From positions 1 through 46,447 of the forward strand of contig CAVRJL010000011.1 of NCBI GenBank assembly GCA_963721525.1: a stretch of 46,447 nucleotides of DNA, written 5' to 3'. The translations under genes were made by a program, and so were the position numbers. Origin of the DNA: an uncultured Negativicutes bacterium. Its GTDB lineage: Bacteria > Bacillota > Negativicutes > JBAXTZ01. Shown here piece by piece: positions 1-10,237 of the stretch; within the stretch, counting starts at the first letter, position 1; every line of letters starts with the position of its first letter. The notes beneath the pieces are model-generated. The model ran no database searches. It worked only from the letters and a program-made list of their open reading frames with translations, and was not told where the DNA came from.

Positions 1-23
1 AACATATTGAAACAACCTTTATA

Positions 24-1394
24 TTAATTTTTCTTATTAAAAATCGATAAAATATTTTCCATATGCATCCCTCGTGAACCTTTTATTAATAGTATATCTC
101 CCATACGTAAATATCCCTTTAAGAAACTTTTAATTTCATCATAAGAATTGAAGCCCATAGCTTTCTTTATTCCCTTCGTTTTAGCTCCATTAATCATGTT
201 CTTAGATAAAATACCATATGTGATAAGGGTATCTATACCAAATACAGCTATTTTAACTCCAATTTTAAAATGAATATCAATCGCTTTTTCCCCAAGGTCT
301 AACATATCTCCTAATACTGCTATTTTTCGTCCCTCAAATAGCTTTAAAGTATCAAAAGCAGCTTCTATAGACAAAGGATTTGAATTATAATAATCTTTAA
401 GGACAACTATTCCATTAATATTTTGTATCTCCATTCTCATATTTTCTGCTTTATATTTACTTAAACCCAATTTTATTAATTCAATATCCATTTTCAAAGA
501 TAAACAAACTGCTATAGCAGCTAAGGCGTTATAAACATTGTGTTTGCCAATAATATTAATCCGGATAGGAAAAACATCTTCTTTATTATATAAAACATCA
601 AATTTTATTCCTAATTTTGTCATATATATGTTTCTAGCCCTTATATCAGCATATTTCGACAAACCATAAGTTATTACTTTAGCTTTTGTGTTATAAGTCA
701 TATTTTTTACATTTGCATCATCAATATTTAATACTATTAAATCGTTCTTACATAAAGCTTTCGGCAACTCAGTTTTTGCCTTAATAATATTTTGTATTGT
801 TCTAAGTTTGCTAAGATGCGCTTCTCCTACGTTTGTAATAACCCCTATATTAGGTTTAGAAATATTGCATAATTGCTTTATTTGTCCTAACCCCCGCATT
901 CCCATTTCAATTATTGCACAATCATGCTCTTTTCTTAGATTAAATAAAGTCAAAGGTAAACCAAATTCGTTATTAAAATTACCTTCATTTTTCAATACAT
1001 TAAATTGTTCTTTTAATATTATTGCAACTAATTCTTTAGTGCTGGTCTTCCCGTTTGAACCCGTTATAGCTATAACAGGTATATTATATTGCATTCTTGC
1101 ATAATGCGCTATTTTATGTAAAGCTTGTATAGTATTTTGTACATATATACATGGAATATTAGAACTTATTTTATTGTTCCTATTACAAATTACCGCCGAA
1201 GCTCCTCTTTGTGCAGCTTGTTGTATATACATATGTCCATCAAAGTTTTCTCCATTAATCGCTATAAATAACTGTTTAGGAATAATTGTTCTACTATCAA
1301 TAGAAATTCCAATAAACCTCTTTGAAAAAAATAATTCATTATTTAATATTCCATTAGTAATATTAGCGATTTTTCCTAACGAATCCGTTACCAT
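24..1394 (-). CDS. murF: UDP-N-acetylmuramoyl-tripeptide--D-Ala-D-Ala ligase
   Basis: DSR, ITGSNGKTSTKE P-loop, NNEFGLP, EMGM, DYYNSNP, LGDMLDLG and KGSRG motifs; directly after murE. Confidence 0.96.
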   Translation of the reverse strand: MVTDSLGKIANITNGILNNELFFSKRFIGISIDSRTIIPKQLFIAINGENFDGHMYIQQAAQRGASAVICNRNNKISSNIPCIYVQNTIQALHKIAHYARMQYNIPVIAITGSNGKTSTKELVAIILKEQFNVLKNEGNFNNEFGLPLTLFNLRKEHDCAIIEMGMRGLGQIKQLCNISKPNIGVITNVGEAHLSKLRTIQNIIKAKTELPKALCKNDLIVLNIDDANVKNMTYNTKAKVITYGLSKYADIRARNIYMTKLGIKFDVLYNKEDVFPIRINIIGKHNVYNALAAIAVCLSLKMDIELIKLGLSKYKAENMRMEIQNINGIVVLKDYYNSNPLSIEAAFDTLKLFEGRKIAVLGDMLDLGEKAIDIHFKIGVKIAVFGIDTLITYGILSKNMINGAKTKGIKKAMGFNSYDEIKSFLKGYLRMGDILLIKGSRGMHMENILSIFNKKN

Positions 1395-2871
1395 TTTTCC
1401 CTAAATTCTCCAATGCTTCACAGACAATTTCTTTTTCATTAAAATAAATTCTACCTTCAGGTAAAAGCTGGTAAGTTTCATGTCCTTTACCTGCAAGTAC
1501 AACAAAATCATTTTTTTTAGCCATTTCTAAACTTTTGTAAATTGCTTTTTTTCTATCTTGTAATTTTATATAATTCTGTTTTATCCCTTTATTTTGTTTA
1601 ATGATTCCCAATTCAATTTCGTTAGCAATTTTATTTGCATCTTCGCAACGTGGATTATCATTTGTGATAATAATAAAATCCGAATATTTAGCTGCAACAG
1701 CTCCCATAAGCGGACGTTTTGATTTATCGCGTTCCCCACCGCACCCAAATATTGTAAGAATATTTCCTTGTGCTAGCTCGCGTACTGTTTTTAACAAATT
1801 TTCTAAACTATCAGGGCTATGTGCATAATCAATAATTATAAAAAAATCTTGTCCTATATCTACAAAATCAAAGCGTCCAGTAACACCCAAAAAATATTTT
1901 AAAGCCTTTTTAATTATTTTTATACAAATACCTTCCTCTTGAGCTATAGTAATAGCAGCTAAAATATTATATATATTAAATAACCCTGTTAAACGAGAAT
2001 TTATCTTAATATTTACATTATTGTTAATTTTTAATATAAACCCACATCCTTTATCTTTGATAGAAATTGAATTAGCTGTATAGTTGGCCTTACAATTTAT
2101 ACCATAAAACAGTTTTTTTACAGTGACAAGATCTGACATATATTTGGTGGATAACTCATCCGCATTAAAAACAGCATAACTTTTATCTTTTAAAGATAAA
2201 AATAGTTGAGTTTTTGTTTGCCTATATTCTTCCATTGTTTTATGAAAATCAAGATGATCTTGCGTAAGATTTGAAAATAAAGCAGCTTTAAATTCGCACC
2301 CATAAATTCTTCCCAAGGCAATAGCATGAGATGAAACTTCCATAAATACATACTCTATCTTATTAGATAGCATTTTAGCCAAAATATATTGAAGTTGCGC
2401 ATTATCAGGAGTAGTATTCTTTACTGAAATAATTTCATTATTAATTAAAGATTGTATAGTTCCTATTAATCCGCATTTATACCCTGCTTGTTCAAAAATA
2501 GCTTTTAATAAATATGTTATTGTTGTTTTACCATTTGTTCCTGTTATTCCAATCAACTTTAATCTTTTCGAAGGATAATCATAAATTTCAGGTGCTAAAA
2601 TACGCATTGCTGCACGTGTATTTTTAACTTGTATTACAGCAATATTTTTAATATTTACCTTTTTCTCTACTAGTAAAGCTACCGCCCCTTTTTGCACTAC
2701 GTCTAAAATAAAATCATGTCCATCTGTTTTTTGGCCAGGAATACAAACAAAAATGCTATTTGTCTTTATATCATTAGAATTTAAATCTATATTATCAATA
2801 TTAATTTTTAAATTTCCACTATACTGCGCATCCGGTAAAAGAGTAACTAAATCTCGTAATAATTTAGACAT
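1363..2871 (-). CDS. murE: UDP-N-acetylmuramoyl-L-alanyl-D-glutamate--2,6-diaminopimelate ligase
   Basis: GITGTNGKTT, MEVSSH, NLTQDHLDFH, DYAHSPD, FGCGG and GKGHE motifs; the DNPR motif indicates meso-DAP specificity. Confidence 0.97.
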   Translation of the reverse strand: MSKLLRDLVTLLPDAQYSGNLKINIDNIDLNSNDIKTNSIFVCIPGQKTDGHDFILDVVQKGAVALLVEKKVNIKNIAVIQVKNTRAAMRILAPEIYDYPSKRLKLIGITGTNGKTTITYLLKAIFEQAGYKCGLIGTIQSLINNEIISVKNTTPDNAQLQYILAKMLSNKIEYVFMEVSSHAIALGRIYGCEFKAALFSNLTQDHLDFHKTMEEYRQTKTQLFLSLKDKSYAVFNADELSTKYMSDLVTVKKLFYGINCKANYTANSISIKDKGCGFILKINNNVNIKINSRLTGLFNIYNILAAITIAQEEGICIKIIKKALKYFLGVTGRFDFVDIGQDFFIIIDYAHSPDSLENLLKTVRELAQGNILTIFGCGGERDKSKRPLMGAVAAKYSDFIIITNDNPRCEDANKIANEIELGIIKQNKGIKQNYIKLQDRKKAIYKSLEMAKKNDFVVLAGKGHETYQLLPEGRIYFNEKEIVCEALENLGKNGNGFVRKNR

Positions 2872-2888
2872 CGACCCTCAAAAAACAT

Positions 2889-3170
2889 TTAATTTGTTTT
2901 TTCTATTTTTGCAGCAACAACTTTTGCAGCATCAACTATTTTATTTTCATTTTTAGAAGCAATCTCATGTATTCTTTTTAAAGCTTCTAATTTAGCCACC
3001 TCTATACTTATTTCTTTGTTATTTTTCTCGATTTCTAGCCAATGCTGTTTCAATGTCCATAATTCATATTCGTTTTTCATTAACCATTGGCTTTGTAAGG
3101 AACATAAACTGATTAAAAATGCAAAAAATATAATTAAAAAAATAATTTTAAATTTATTTTTTTTAAACAT
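2889..3170 (-). CDS. ftsL: cell division protein FtsL-like (N-terminal TM helix plus coiled coil)
   Basis: 93 aa with one hydrophobic helix, then a coiled coil ending EVAKLEALKRIHEIA; canonical position after rsmH. Confidence 0.75.
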   Translation of the reverse strand: MFKKNKFKIIFLIIFFAFLISLCSLQSQWLMKNEYELWTLKQHWLEIEKNNKEISIEVAKLEALKRIHEIASKNENKIVDAAKVVAAKIEKTN

Positions 3171-3238
3171 TAGTATTAATTAGTTGATAACTTTGGATTA
3201 TTCTTGTTCTATCCCTCACTATATATGCTCCTTTGTAA

Positions 3239-4174
3239 CTATATTTTTTCTGCAATCCTTAATTTTGCACTTCTCGATCGTGGATTATTGGTAAGTTCTA
3301 CTTTTGTCGGTACAATAAATTTCCCTATTATTTTAAGCAAAGCTTCTTTATTACATATGCAAAAAGGAATTTCTTTAGAGCAAATACATTTTTTTTGTGC
3401 TTTAATAAATACATTTTTAACAATGCGATCTTCTAAAGAATGAAACGTTACAACACATATTCTGCCACCTTGTTTTAAAGTATTTATTGCTTGATTTAAA
3501 GAACTCTCTAGTATTTCAAGCTCGGAATTAACTTCTATCCTTAAAGCCTGAAAAACACGTTTTGCTGGATGAGACCCATTTTGTCTTGCTTTAATTGGAA
3601 TCGCATTTTTTATTATTCCTACCAATTCAAAAGTCGTTTCTATTTTTTTTATTTTACGAGCTTTAACTATAAAATTAGCTATCCTTGCTGCCCATTTTTC
3701 TTCTCCATATTTCTTTATAATTAAATATAACTTTTTTTCAGAATATAGATTGATTATTTCTTTAGCCGTTATTTTCTTATCTTTGTTCATCCTCATATCT
3801 AAAGGTCCGTTTTTTGTATAAGAAAAACCTCTAGTTACCTGTTCAAGTTGATATGAAGATACACCTAAATCAAATACAATTCCATCTATTTTTTTTATAC
3901 CTAAATTTAACAAAACTTTATATAAATTATGGAAATTTTCTTTAACAATTATTAATTTACATAAAATATTTTTTAATTTTTCTTTGGCAATATTTATAGC
4001 TATCTCATCATGATCTATTCCAATTAATATTCCTCTTTCATTTAGCTTATTTGCTATGAATAATGAGTATCCCGCTCCTCCTAAAGTACAATCCATATAT
4101 GTTCCTGAAGGATTAATATTTAATCCTTTAATAGTTTCTTCTAGTAAAACGCTTATATGACGAAATTGTGCCAT
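3239..4174 (-). CDS. rsmH: 16S rRNA m4C1402 methyltransferase RsmH (MraW)
   Basis: HISVLLEE, DCTLGGAG, DLGVSSYQ, RGFSY, PLDMRM, FQALRIEVN, FHSLEDRIVK and NPRSRSAKLR motifs. Confidence 0.97.
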   Translation of the reverse strand: MAQFRHISVLLEETIKGLNINPSGTYMDCTLGGAGYSLFIANKLNERGILIGIDHDEIAINIAKEKLKNILCKLIIVKENFHNLYKVLLNLGIKKIDGIVFDLGVSSYQLEQVTRGFSYTKNGPLDMRMNKDKKITAKEIINLYSEKKLYLIIKKYGEEKWAARIANFIVKARKIKKIETTFELVGIIKNAIPIKARQNGSHPAKRVFQALRIEVNSELEILESSLNQAINTLKQGGRICVVTFHSLEDRIVKNVFIKAQKKCICSKEIPFCICNKEALLKIIGKFIVPTKVELTNNPRSRSAKLRIAEKI

Positions 4175-4175
4175 T

Positions 4176-4618
4176 CTAAAAACCTAACCCTATAAATTTT
4201 CCGACAATTTCAGTAATATTTATTTTACATTGTCACAAGTTTGCTATTTTTCTTTATTTTAAACTTTTATGTGATCGATGTTATCTATATCAACACTTTT
4301 TAAAAAAATATATCTCCATTAGTAATAATCCCTATTTATTTCCTTTAAATTCCTGAAATATAACTTTTATAAAATATATTATACTATTTTGTGTGAAATC
4401 TCGAAAATGCCTCTGTTTTTAATGTTTTTTATATTTTTGTACTATGTTTTCTAATGTTTCACTTTTGTTTCTATATTTTCTGTTAAAGTATAAAAATTTC
4501 TGCTTTATTCTGTTGAGGATGCAATAAATAGGAAATAAATTTATAAGTTAAAATTAAGTCATCATTGCCTAAATATTTAGATTCTTCCGTTAAAGTGTAA
4601 TAAGCGTATACTTACAAA
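4176..4618 (-). pseudogene. mraZ: heavily eroded mraZ remnant
   Basis: Manual minus-strand translation gives collinear MraZ-like fragments: NGRI*IFRQ, EAFSRF, NK*GLLL (cf. DKQGRILI), HIKV*NKEK* (cf. RIEIWSKEKW) and ITEIVGKFIGLGF* ending 1 nt before the rsmH ATG; canonical mraZ position. The 5' boundary is approximate. Confidence 0.75.
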
Positions 4619-4642
4619 TAAAAAACACTGTATTTTTATTCT

Positions 4643-6259
4643 TTAGTACAATTTTTTCTGTTTTCCAAGCACAGCTTCTATAAAATTTTTAAATAGAGGA
4701 TGAGGTTTATTCGGTCGGGACTTGAATTCAGGATGAAATTGTGTTCCCAAAAACCAAGGATGATTTTTAAGCTCCACTATTTCGATAAGTCTTTCATTCG
4801 GAGATACTCCAGAAAAAGATAACCCGGCAGTTGAAAACATATCTTTATAGATATTATTAAATTCATATCTATGACGGTGGCGTTCATAAATTATTTTTTC
4901 TTTATAAGATTTGTATGCATTAGTTCCTTCAACTAATTTACAAGGATATATTCCTAACCTCATAGTCCCGCCTTTATGTTCAATCGTTTGTTGCTCAGCC
5001 ATTAAATCTATTACTTGGTTATTACTTTTTTTGTCAAATTCACTTGAATTTGCATCAACTAAATTACATACATTGCGAGCAAATTCTATAACCATACATT
5101 GCATACCTAAACATAAACCTAGAATCGGAATTTTATTAATACGTGCATACTCAATTGCTTTTATTTTTCCTTCTATTCCTCTATCTCCAAACCCACCTGG
5201 AATAACAATTCCGCCTATATTACCAATAATTTTATCTATATTTGCATCTCTATCTTCTAAAAGTTCGGCATTTATCCATTTTATTTCCACTTTTACATTA
5301 TTATAAAGCCCACCATGGCATAAAGCTTCATTGACACTTATATAAGCATCGTGTAAGTCAACATACTTACCAATAAGTGCTACTTTAACTATTGAAGATA
5401 AATTTAATATATTGTTAACTAATTCCTCCCATTCTATCATGTTAGGCTTTTGCACTGTTATATTCAATTTTTTTAAAACAATACGATCTAAACCTTCTTT
5501 ATGTAACACTATCGGCAATTGATATATACTTGGCATTGTTTTATTTGTAATTACAGCATCAGTATCAATATCACAAAATAAAGCTAATTTTTCTTTTACT
5601 CCATTTGAAATATTTTCCTCGCTACGACAAACAATAATATCCGCCGTGATTCCAATCGATCTTAACTCTTTTATGCTATGTTGAGTAGGTTTTGTTTTTA
5701 ATTCTCCAGCGGTGCCCAAATAAGGTACTAAAGTAACATGAATATATAATACATTCATCTTTTCCTACTTCCTTTTTTATTTGTCTTATTGCTTCTAAGA
5801 AAGGGAGACCTTCAATATCGCCTACTGTCCCACCAATTTCAGTTATAACAATATCAGCATATCTGCTTTTCCAACACGATAAATACGTTCTTTAATTTCA
5901 TTTGTAATATGAGGAATAACTTGTACTGTACTACCTAAATAATCTCCTCTACGCTCTTTAGAAATTACAGACCAATAAATTTCTCCTGCAGTTACATTTG
6001 AGTTTTGTCTTAAATTTTCATCTATAAATCTTTCATAATGGCCTAAATCAAGATCTGTTTCGGCTCCATCATCAGTAACAAAAACTTCTCCATGTTGATA
6101 TGGGCTCATCGTACCGGGATCTACATTAATATACGGATCAAATTTTTGAACTGTAACTTTTAATCCACGATTCTTTAATAATCTCCCCAACGATGCTGCA
6201 GTTATTCCTTTACCTAAAGAAGAACTAACTCCTCCAGTAATAAAAATATATTTTGTCAT
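4643..6259 (-). pseudogene. pyrG: CTP synthase interrupted by two compensating frameshifts (pseudogene, recoded gene or sequence error)
   Basis: ORFs 5843..6259 and 4643..5758 share one frame. The conserved [34 protein letters not shown] lies intact in a shifted frame at 5757..5858. The repaired gene is 538 aa, with intact GLCLGMQ and HPE glutaminase motifs. Confidence 0.92.
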
Positions 6260-6285
6260 TATATCTTCATATCCTTTTTTACATC

Positions 6286-6804
6286 TTATACAACTTCTTC
6301 TTCACTTTCAGGGTCAATATAAATTGAGGGTTTAATGTTCTCTTCTATTTTTTCTTGTATAGTTTCAAAAACCATTTCACGACGCTTTCTTTCAAAAAGA
6401 TGCTGACTTGCTTCAAATTGCCTTAAAACTTTCATATCGTTTTGTGCAATCCATTCAGCTAACCCCCAAATACCTTTTCCGTAATAATAAAATCTGCTAT
6501 CCATATTTATTTGAGTATATAACTCAGCCATAATATGCGCCCAGTTATAATTATCTATTTCAATCCGCCCTTCGACAGCCTTCCTTAACAGTTCACGAAA
6601 ATGCAACGATTTATTCTCATAAATAAGGATTTGATAAAATGTTTCCAAATTACTTAAATTTGGAGTCCTTAAAAAATCTTTTTTGTCATCTATAGTTTCT
6701 TTAATTTTTGGAATAGTTAATCCTATTTTTTTTTCTTTTTTTATTATTTTTCTTTCTTCCTTTTTTTTATTATTTATATCTTTTTTTTTAACTTCTTTAT
6801 TCAT
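6286..6804 (-). CDS. rpoE: DNA-directed RNA polymerase subunit delta
   Basis: HARE-HTH core LHFRELL...[13 protein letters not shown]...GIWGLAEW; conserved argS-rpoE-pyrG synteny; AAGGAG RBS. Confidence 0.88.
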   Translation of the reverse strand: MNKEVKKKDINNKKKEERKIIKKEKKIGLTIPKIKETIDDKKDFLRTPNLSNLETFYQILIYENKSLHFRELLRKAVEGRIEIDNYNWAHIMAELYTQINMDSRFYYYGKGIWGLAEWIAQNDMKVLRQFEASQHLFERKRREMVFETIQEKIEENIKPSIYIDPESEEEVV

Positions 6805-6814
6805 TTTTCTCCTT

Positions 6815-8512
6815 TCACATACTCTCCAGTGCTCTTATACCAAGTATATTTAAACTATGCTTCAAACAATTTTTAACTACTTTTATCAAAATTATTCTAC
6901 TATTACATTCTTGTTTGGTATTTGCTCCAATTATTCTACATTGATTATAAAATGCATGAAATAATTCTGCAAGTTCTAAAACATATTTAGCTATATAATG
7001 CGGTGCACGAAAATCAGCAGCTTTACTTATTTTATTAGGATAATCGTAAATTTTTTTTATAATATCAATTTCTATAGGCAAACTTAAACTAGATAAATCT
7101 ACTTTTTCGATATCAGGAATTGATATCTTCTCTATTTCAAGCTGTCTAAAAATACTACAAATTCTTGCATAAGCGTATTGTATGTAATAAACAGGATTTT
7201 CATTCGATTGTTTAATAGCTAAATCGATATCAAAATCTAATTGACTATCTATTGACCTCATAATAAAAAAATATCGTGCCGCGTCTTTTCCAACTTCATC
7301 AATTAATTCTTTTAAAGTAATAATATTTCCAATTCTTTTTGATAGTTTTACTAGTTCTTTTCCTTTAAAAAGCCTTACCATCTGTAAAAGTAATATTTCT
7401 AATCGTGAAGTATCAAAGCCCAAAGCTGCCATAGCCGCCTTCATACGTGTAACGTACCCATGATGGTCTGCACCTAAAATATTTATTAACCTATCAAAAC
7501 CTCGCTCAAATTTATTGCAATGATACGAAATATCAGGTGTAATATATGTAGGATTTCCATCTGAACGAATTAACACTCTATCCTTATCATCTCCAAAAGT
7601 TGAAGACCTTATCCATTTTGCTCCATCCTGTTCATATAAATTACCGCTTTTTTTCAATTTTTCTAAAATATCTTTAATTTTATTTTTCTTGTATAATTCT
7701 TTTTCGCTAAACCAATTATCAAAAGTTACCCCAAATTCTTTTAAGTCCTTTTCCAAAAGCGCAAGTTTTTCTTTGTAAGCAATTTTTTTAAAAATTTGTA
7801 TTCTTTGGCTTTCTTCAAACCCTAAATATTTATCTCCGTCTTTTTCTATAATTTTATGCGCTGTAGCATAAATATCTTCTCCATAATAACCATCTTTAGG
7901 AAAAACAAAAGGTTGTCTTAATAATTCCAAGTACCTTGCATTGACTGAAAGTGCTAAGTTATCTATCTGTTGGCCTGCGTCATTAATATAGTATTCAGTA
8001 CTTACCTTATTACCAGCAGCTTTTAAAATATTTACTAAAACGCTTCCCACAGCTGCACCTCTTCCATGCCCTATATGTAATGGTCCTGTTGGATTAGCGC
8101 TTACAAATTCTATTTGGATATATTCTTTACTATTTGGTATAGCCTCTCCATAAGTTTCCCCAGTTTTATAAATTTCTTTCAATCCAGTATAGATCCACTG
8201 TTTATTTAAATAAAAATTTATAAAACCTGGCCCTGCGACTTCCACTTTTTCTATAAAATTAGTATTAGGTGAAATATACGCAATAATTTTTCTTGCTGTT
8301 TCAAACGGGTTAATTTTTAAATCTTTAGCTATTTTCATCGCAAAATTAGTGGAAAAATCTCCAAATTCTTTTTTAGGAGGTTGTAAAAGCTCTATTTCTC
8401 TATTTCCAATATATTGGGCTGCCGATTTTTCATTTTTTGAAAAAATCCTCAGTGCGGCAATTTTTAATATATCACGTATACTTTGTTCTATTTTTTGATT
8501 CTTATTTCCCAT
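6815..8512 (-). CDS. argS: arginine--tRNA ligase
   Basis: VAGPGFINF, EFVSANPTGPLHIGHGR, GADHHGY and NPVYYIQYA motifs. Confidence 0.98.
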   Translation of the reverse strand: MGNKNQKIEQSIRDILKIAALRIFSKNEKSAAQYIGNREIELLQPPKKEFGDFSTNFAMKIAKDLKINPFETARKIIAYISPNTNFIEKVEVAGPGFINFYLNKQWIYTGLKEIYKTGETYGEAIPNSKEYIQIEFVSANPTGPLHIGHGRGAAVGSVLVNILKAAGNKVSTEYYINDAGQQIDNLALSVNARYLELLRQPFVFPKDGYYGEDIYATAHKIIEKDGDKYLGFEESQRIQIFKKIAYKEKLALLEKDLKEFGVTFDNWFSEKELYKKNKIKDILEKLKKSGNLYEQDGAKWIRSSTFGDDKDRVLIRSDGNPTYITPDISYHCNKFERGFDRLINILGADHHGYVTRMKAAMAALGFDTSRLEILLLQMVRLFKGKELVKLSKRIGNIITLKELIDEVGKDAARYFFIMRSIDSQLDFDIDLAIKQSNENPVYYIQYAYARICSIFRQLEIEKISIPDIEKVDLSSLSLPIEIDIIKKIYDYPNKISKAADFRAPHYIAKYVLELAELFHAFYNQCRIIGANTKQECNSRIILIKVVKNCLKHSLNILGIRALESM

Positions 8513-8714
8513 TAATTTACCTTTAAATTTATAAATGTTATTTCAAATTTTATTTTATTTATCAATTATTTAGTATACCAATATATAACGCATAAAACCA
8601 CTATACACTCTATATGTTGTTTTCATTTACACAGCTATTGAGTTAATATCGCTTTAAGACGCATATGGATTTTAGCGTATTCCCAGATAGTTTTTCAGCT
8701 AAAATATTAATTTT

Positions 8715-10070
8715 TTATATCGGTTTTACATAATTTCCTTTTTTTAATTTTTTCAATTCGTTCCAAACCATAATTCCTGTAAAAAACCCTGCTAATAAAT
8801 CAGATAAACTTCCTGATAACCATATTCCATCCAACCCTAAAAATTGGGGTAAAAAATAGATTATGGGAAATAAAAAAACTGTCTGTCTAAGTAAATGCAA
8901 AGACATGCTCAAATTAGGTTTACCTATTGCCTGAAAAAAACTTGCGGCAATAATTTGACAAGCCATTATAGGAATAAGTAGTAGATGTAAAAATAAACCT
9001 CTACCTCCTAACTCTATTATTAGTTTTTCCGAAGAAAAAATCTTTATAAGTTCTCTTGGATATAAATGACTTACAATAAAACAAAATAAAGCTAATATGG
9101 TTCCAATAATTAATGCTCTATTCAAAGTTTCAATAACTCTGTTATATTTTTTTGCTCCAAAATTATATCCTATAATAGATTGTGCTCCCTGAGTTATTCC
9201 GATTATAGGAGTTAAAAACAAGAAGGTAATTCTATTAATAATTCCCACCGAAGCTACAGCAGGAGGACCGCCATAAATAAGTAAAATTTTATTATAAACT
9301 ATAATTATTAAACCTGTAATACCTTGGACAATAAATTGAGGCATTCCGTTTTTCAAAACTTGTATGTTTAAAGACAAATCAAGTTTAAAATATCTTCTTT
9401 TTATTTTTAATAAACTTTTCTTAGATGAAAAATAATACAAATTATATAATGAAAATAAAATTTGCGTTATAATGGTAGCTAAAGCCGATCCTTTTATACC
9501 TAAATTGAAATATAAAATAAACAAAGGATTAAGGCAGGCATTGAGAATAGAAGAAATAAGCATAAGATACATTGAACGTTTAAAGTTTCCTTGGACTCTC
9601 ATAACAGCATTTAAGAGAAAACTTATAAACATGAATACAGTTCCGTAAATTATTATTTCTATAAATTCAGAACTTATTTTAATATAATCGTGCCTTGCAC
9701 CTAAAATAAATAAAATCTTATAAAGAAAATTATTTACACTAAACGCTAAAATTAATCCTAAAATAATTGCTAAAACAATAGAAGAATTTAAAATTTTCTC
9801 AGCATATTCATATTGTTTTCTCCCTAAAGCAATAGAAATTAATGTGATGGAGCCAATACCAACCATAAGTGAAATTGCTGTTTGTACTACCACAAAAGGA
9901 AACGTTAAACTTACCGCATACAATCCTTCCTGTCCAAGAAAATTACCGATAAAAAAACTATCGATAAGATTATAAGTAGCCATAACAAGCATTCCTATAA
10001 ATGCAGGGAAAGACAATTCTATTAATAACTTACTTATTTTTTCAGTTTCAAAAAATTTAACGTTTCTCAT
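8715..10070 (-). CDS. MATE family efflux transporter (MepA-like)
   Basis: About 12 TM helices; YNLIDSFFIG, LNPLFI, GIKGSALAT, GYNFGAKKY and GLDGIW MATE motifs. Confidence 0.9.
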   Translation of the reverse strand: MRNVKFFETEKISKLLIELSFPAFIGMLVMATYNLIDSFFIGNFLGQEGLYAVSLTFPFVVVQTAISLMVGIGSITLISIALGRKQYEYAEKILNSSIVLAIILGLILAFSVNNFLYKILFILGARHDYIKISSEFIEIIIYGTVFMFISFLLNAVMRVQGNFKRSMYLMLISSILNACLNPLFILYFNLGIKGSALATIITQILFSLYNLYYFSSKKSLLKIKRRYFKLDLSLNIQVLKNGMPQFIVQGITGLIIIVYNKILLIYGGPPAVASVGIINRITFLFLTPIIGITQGAQSIIGYNFGAKKYNRVIETLNRALIIGTILALFCFIVSHLYPRELIKIFSSEKLIIELGGRGLFLHLLLIPIMACQIIAASFFQAIGKPNLSMSLHLLRQTVFLFPIIYFLPQFLGLDGIWLSGSLSDLLAGFFTGIMVWNELKKLKKGNYVKPI

Positions 10071-10117
10071 TTCAATTCAATAAAAATTCTTCTTAATTTC
10101 CTAATAAAAACTTAAAT

Positions 10118-10155
10118 AAAAAATACCACCCAAAATTTTGAGTGGTTGATTTTTA
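10118..10155 (-). terminator. intrinsic terminator after the tRNA operon
   Basis: Minus strand ACCACTCAAA-AT-TTTGGGTGGT hairpin followed by ATTTTTTATTT directly after tRNA-Val. Confidence 0.65.
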
Positions 10156-10156
10156 T

Positions 10157-10232
10157 TGGTGGGCGATGACGGGATCGAACCGCCGACATCTTGCTTGTAA
10201 GGCAAGCGCTCTCCCAGCTGAGCTAATCGCCC
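10157..10232 (-). tRNA. tRNA-Val(TAC)
   Basis: GGGCGAT acceptor stem, CTTGC-CT-TAC-AA-GCAAG anticodon arm, GTTCGATC T-loop, encoded CCA. Confidence 0.97.
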
Positions 10233-10237
10233 AAAAG

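Noticed and set aside
5772-5778. Canonical A_AAA_AAG -1 slippery heptamer within the shifted pyrG segment as the explanation for the frameshifts
   Set aside because: Returning to the downstream frame needs a +1 shift, not -1, and the conserved KEVGK continues past the heptamer in the same frame.
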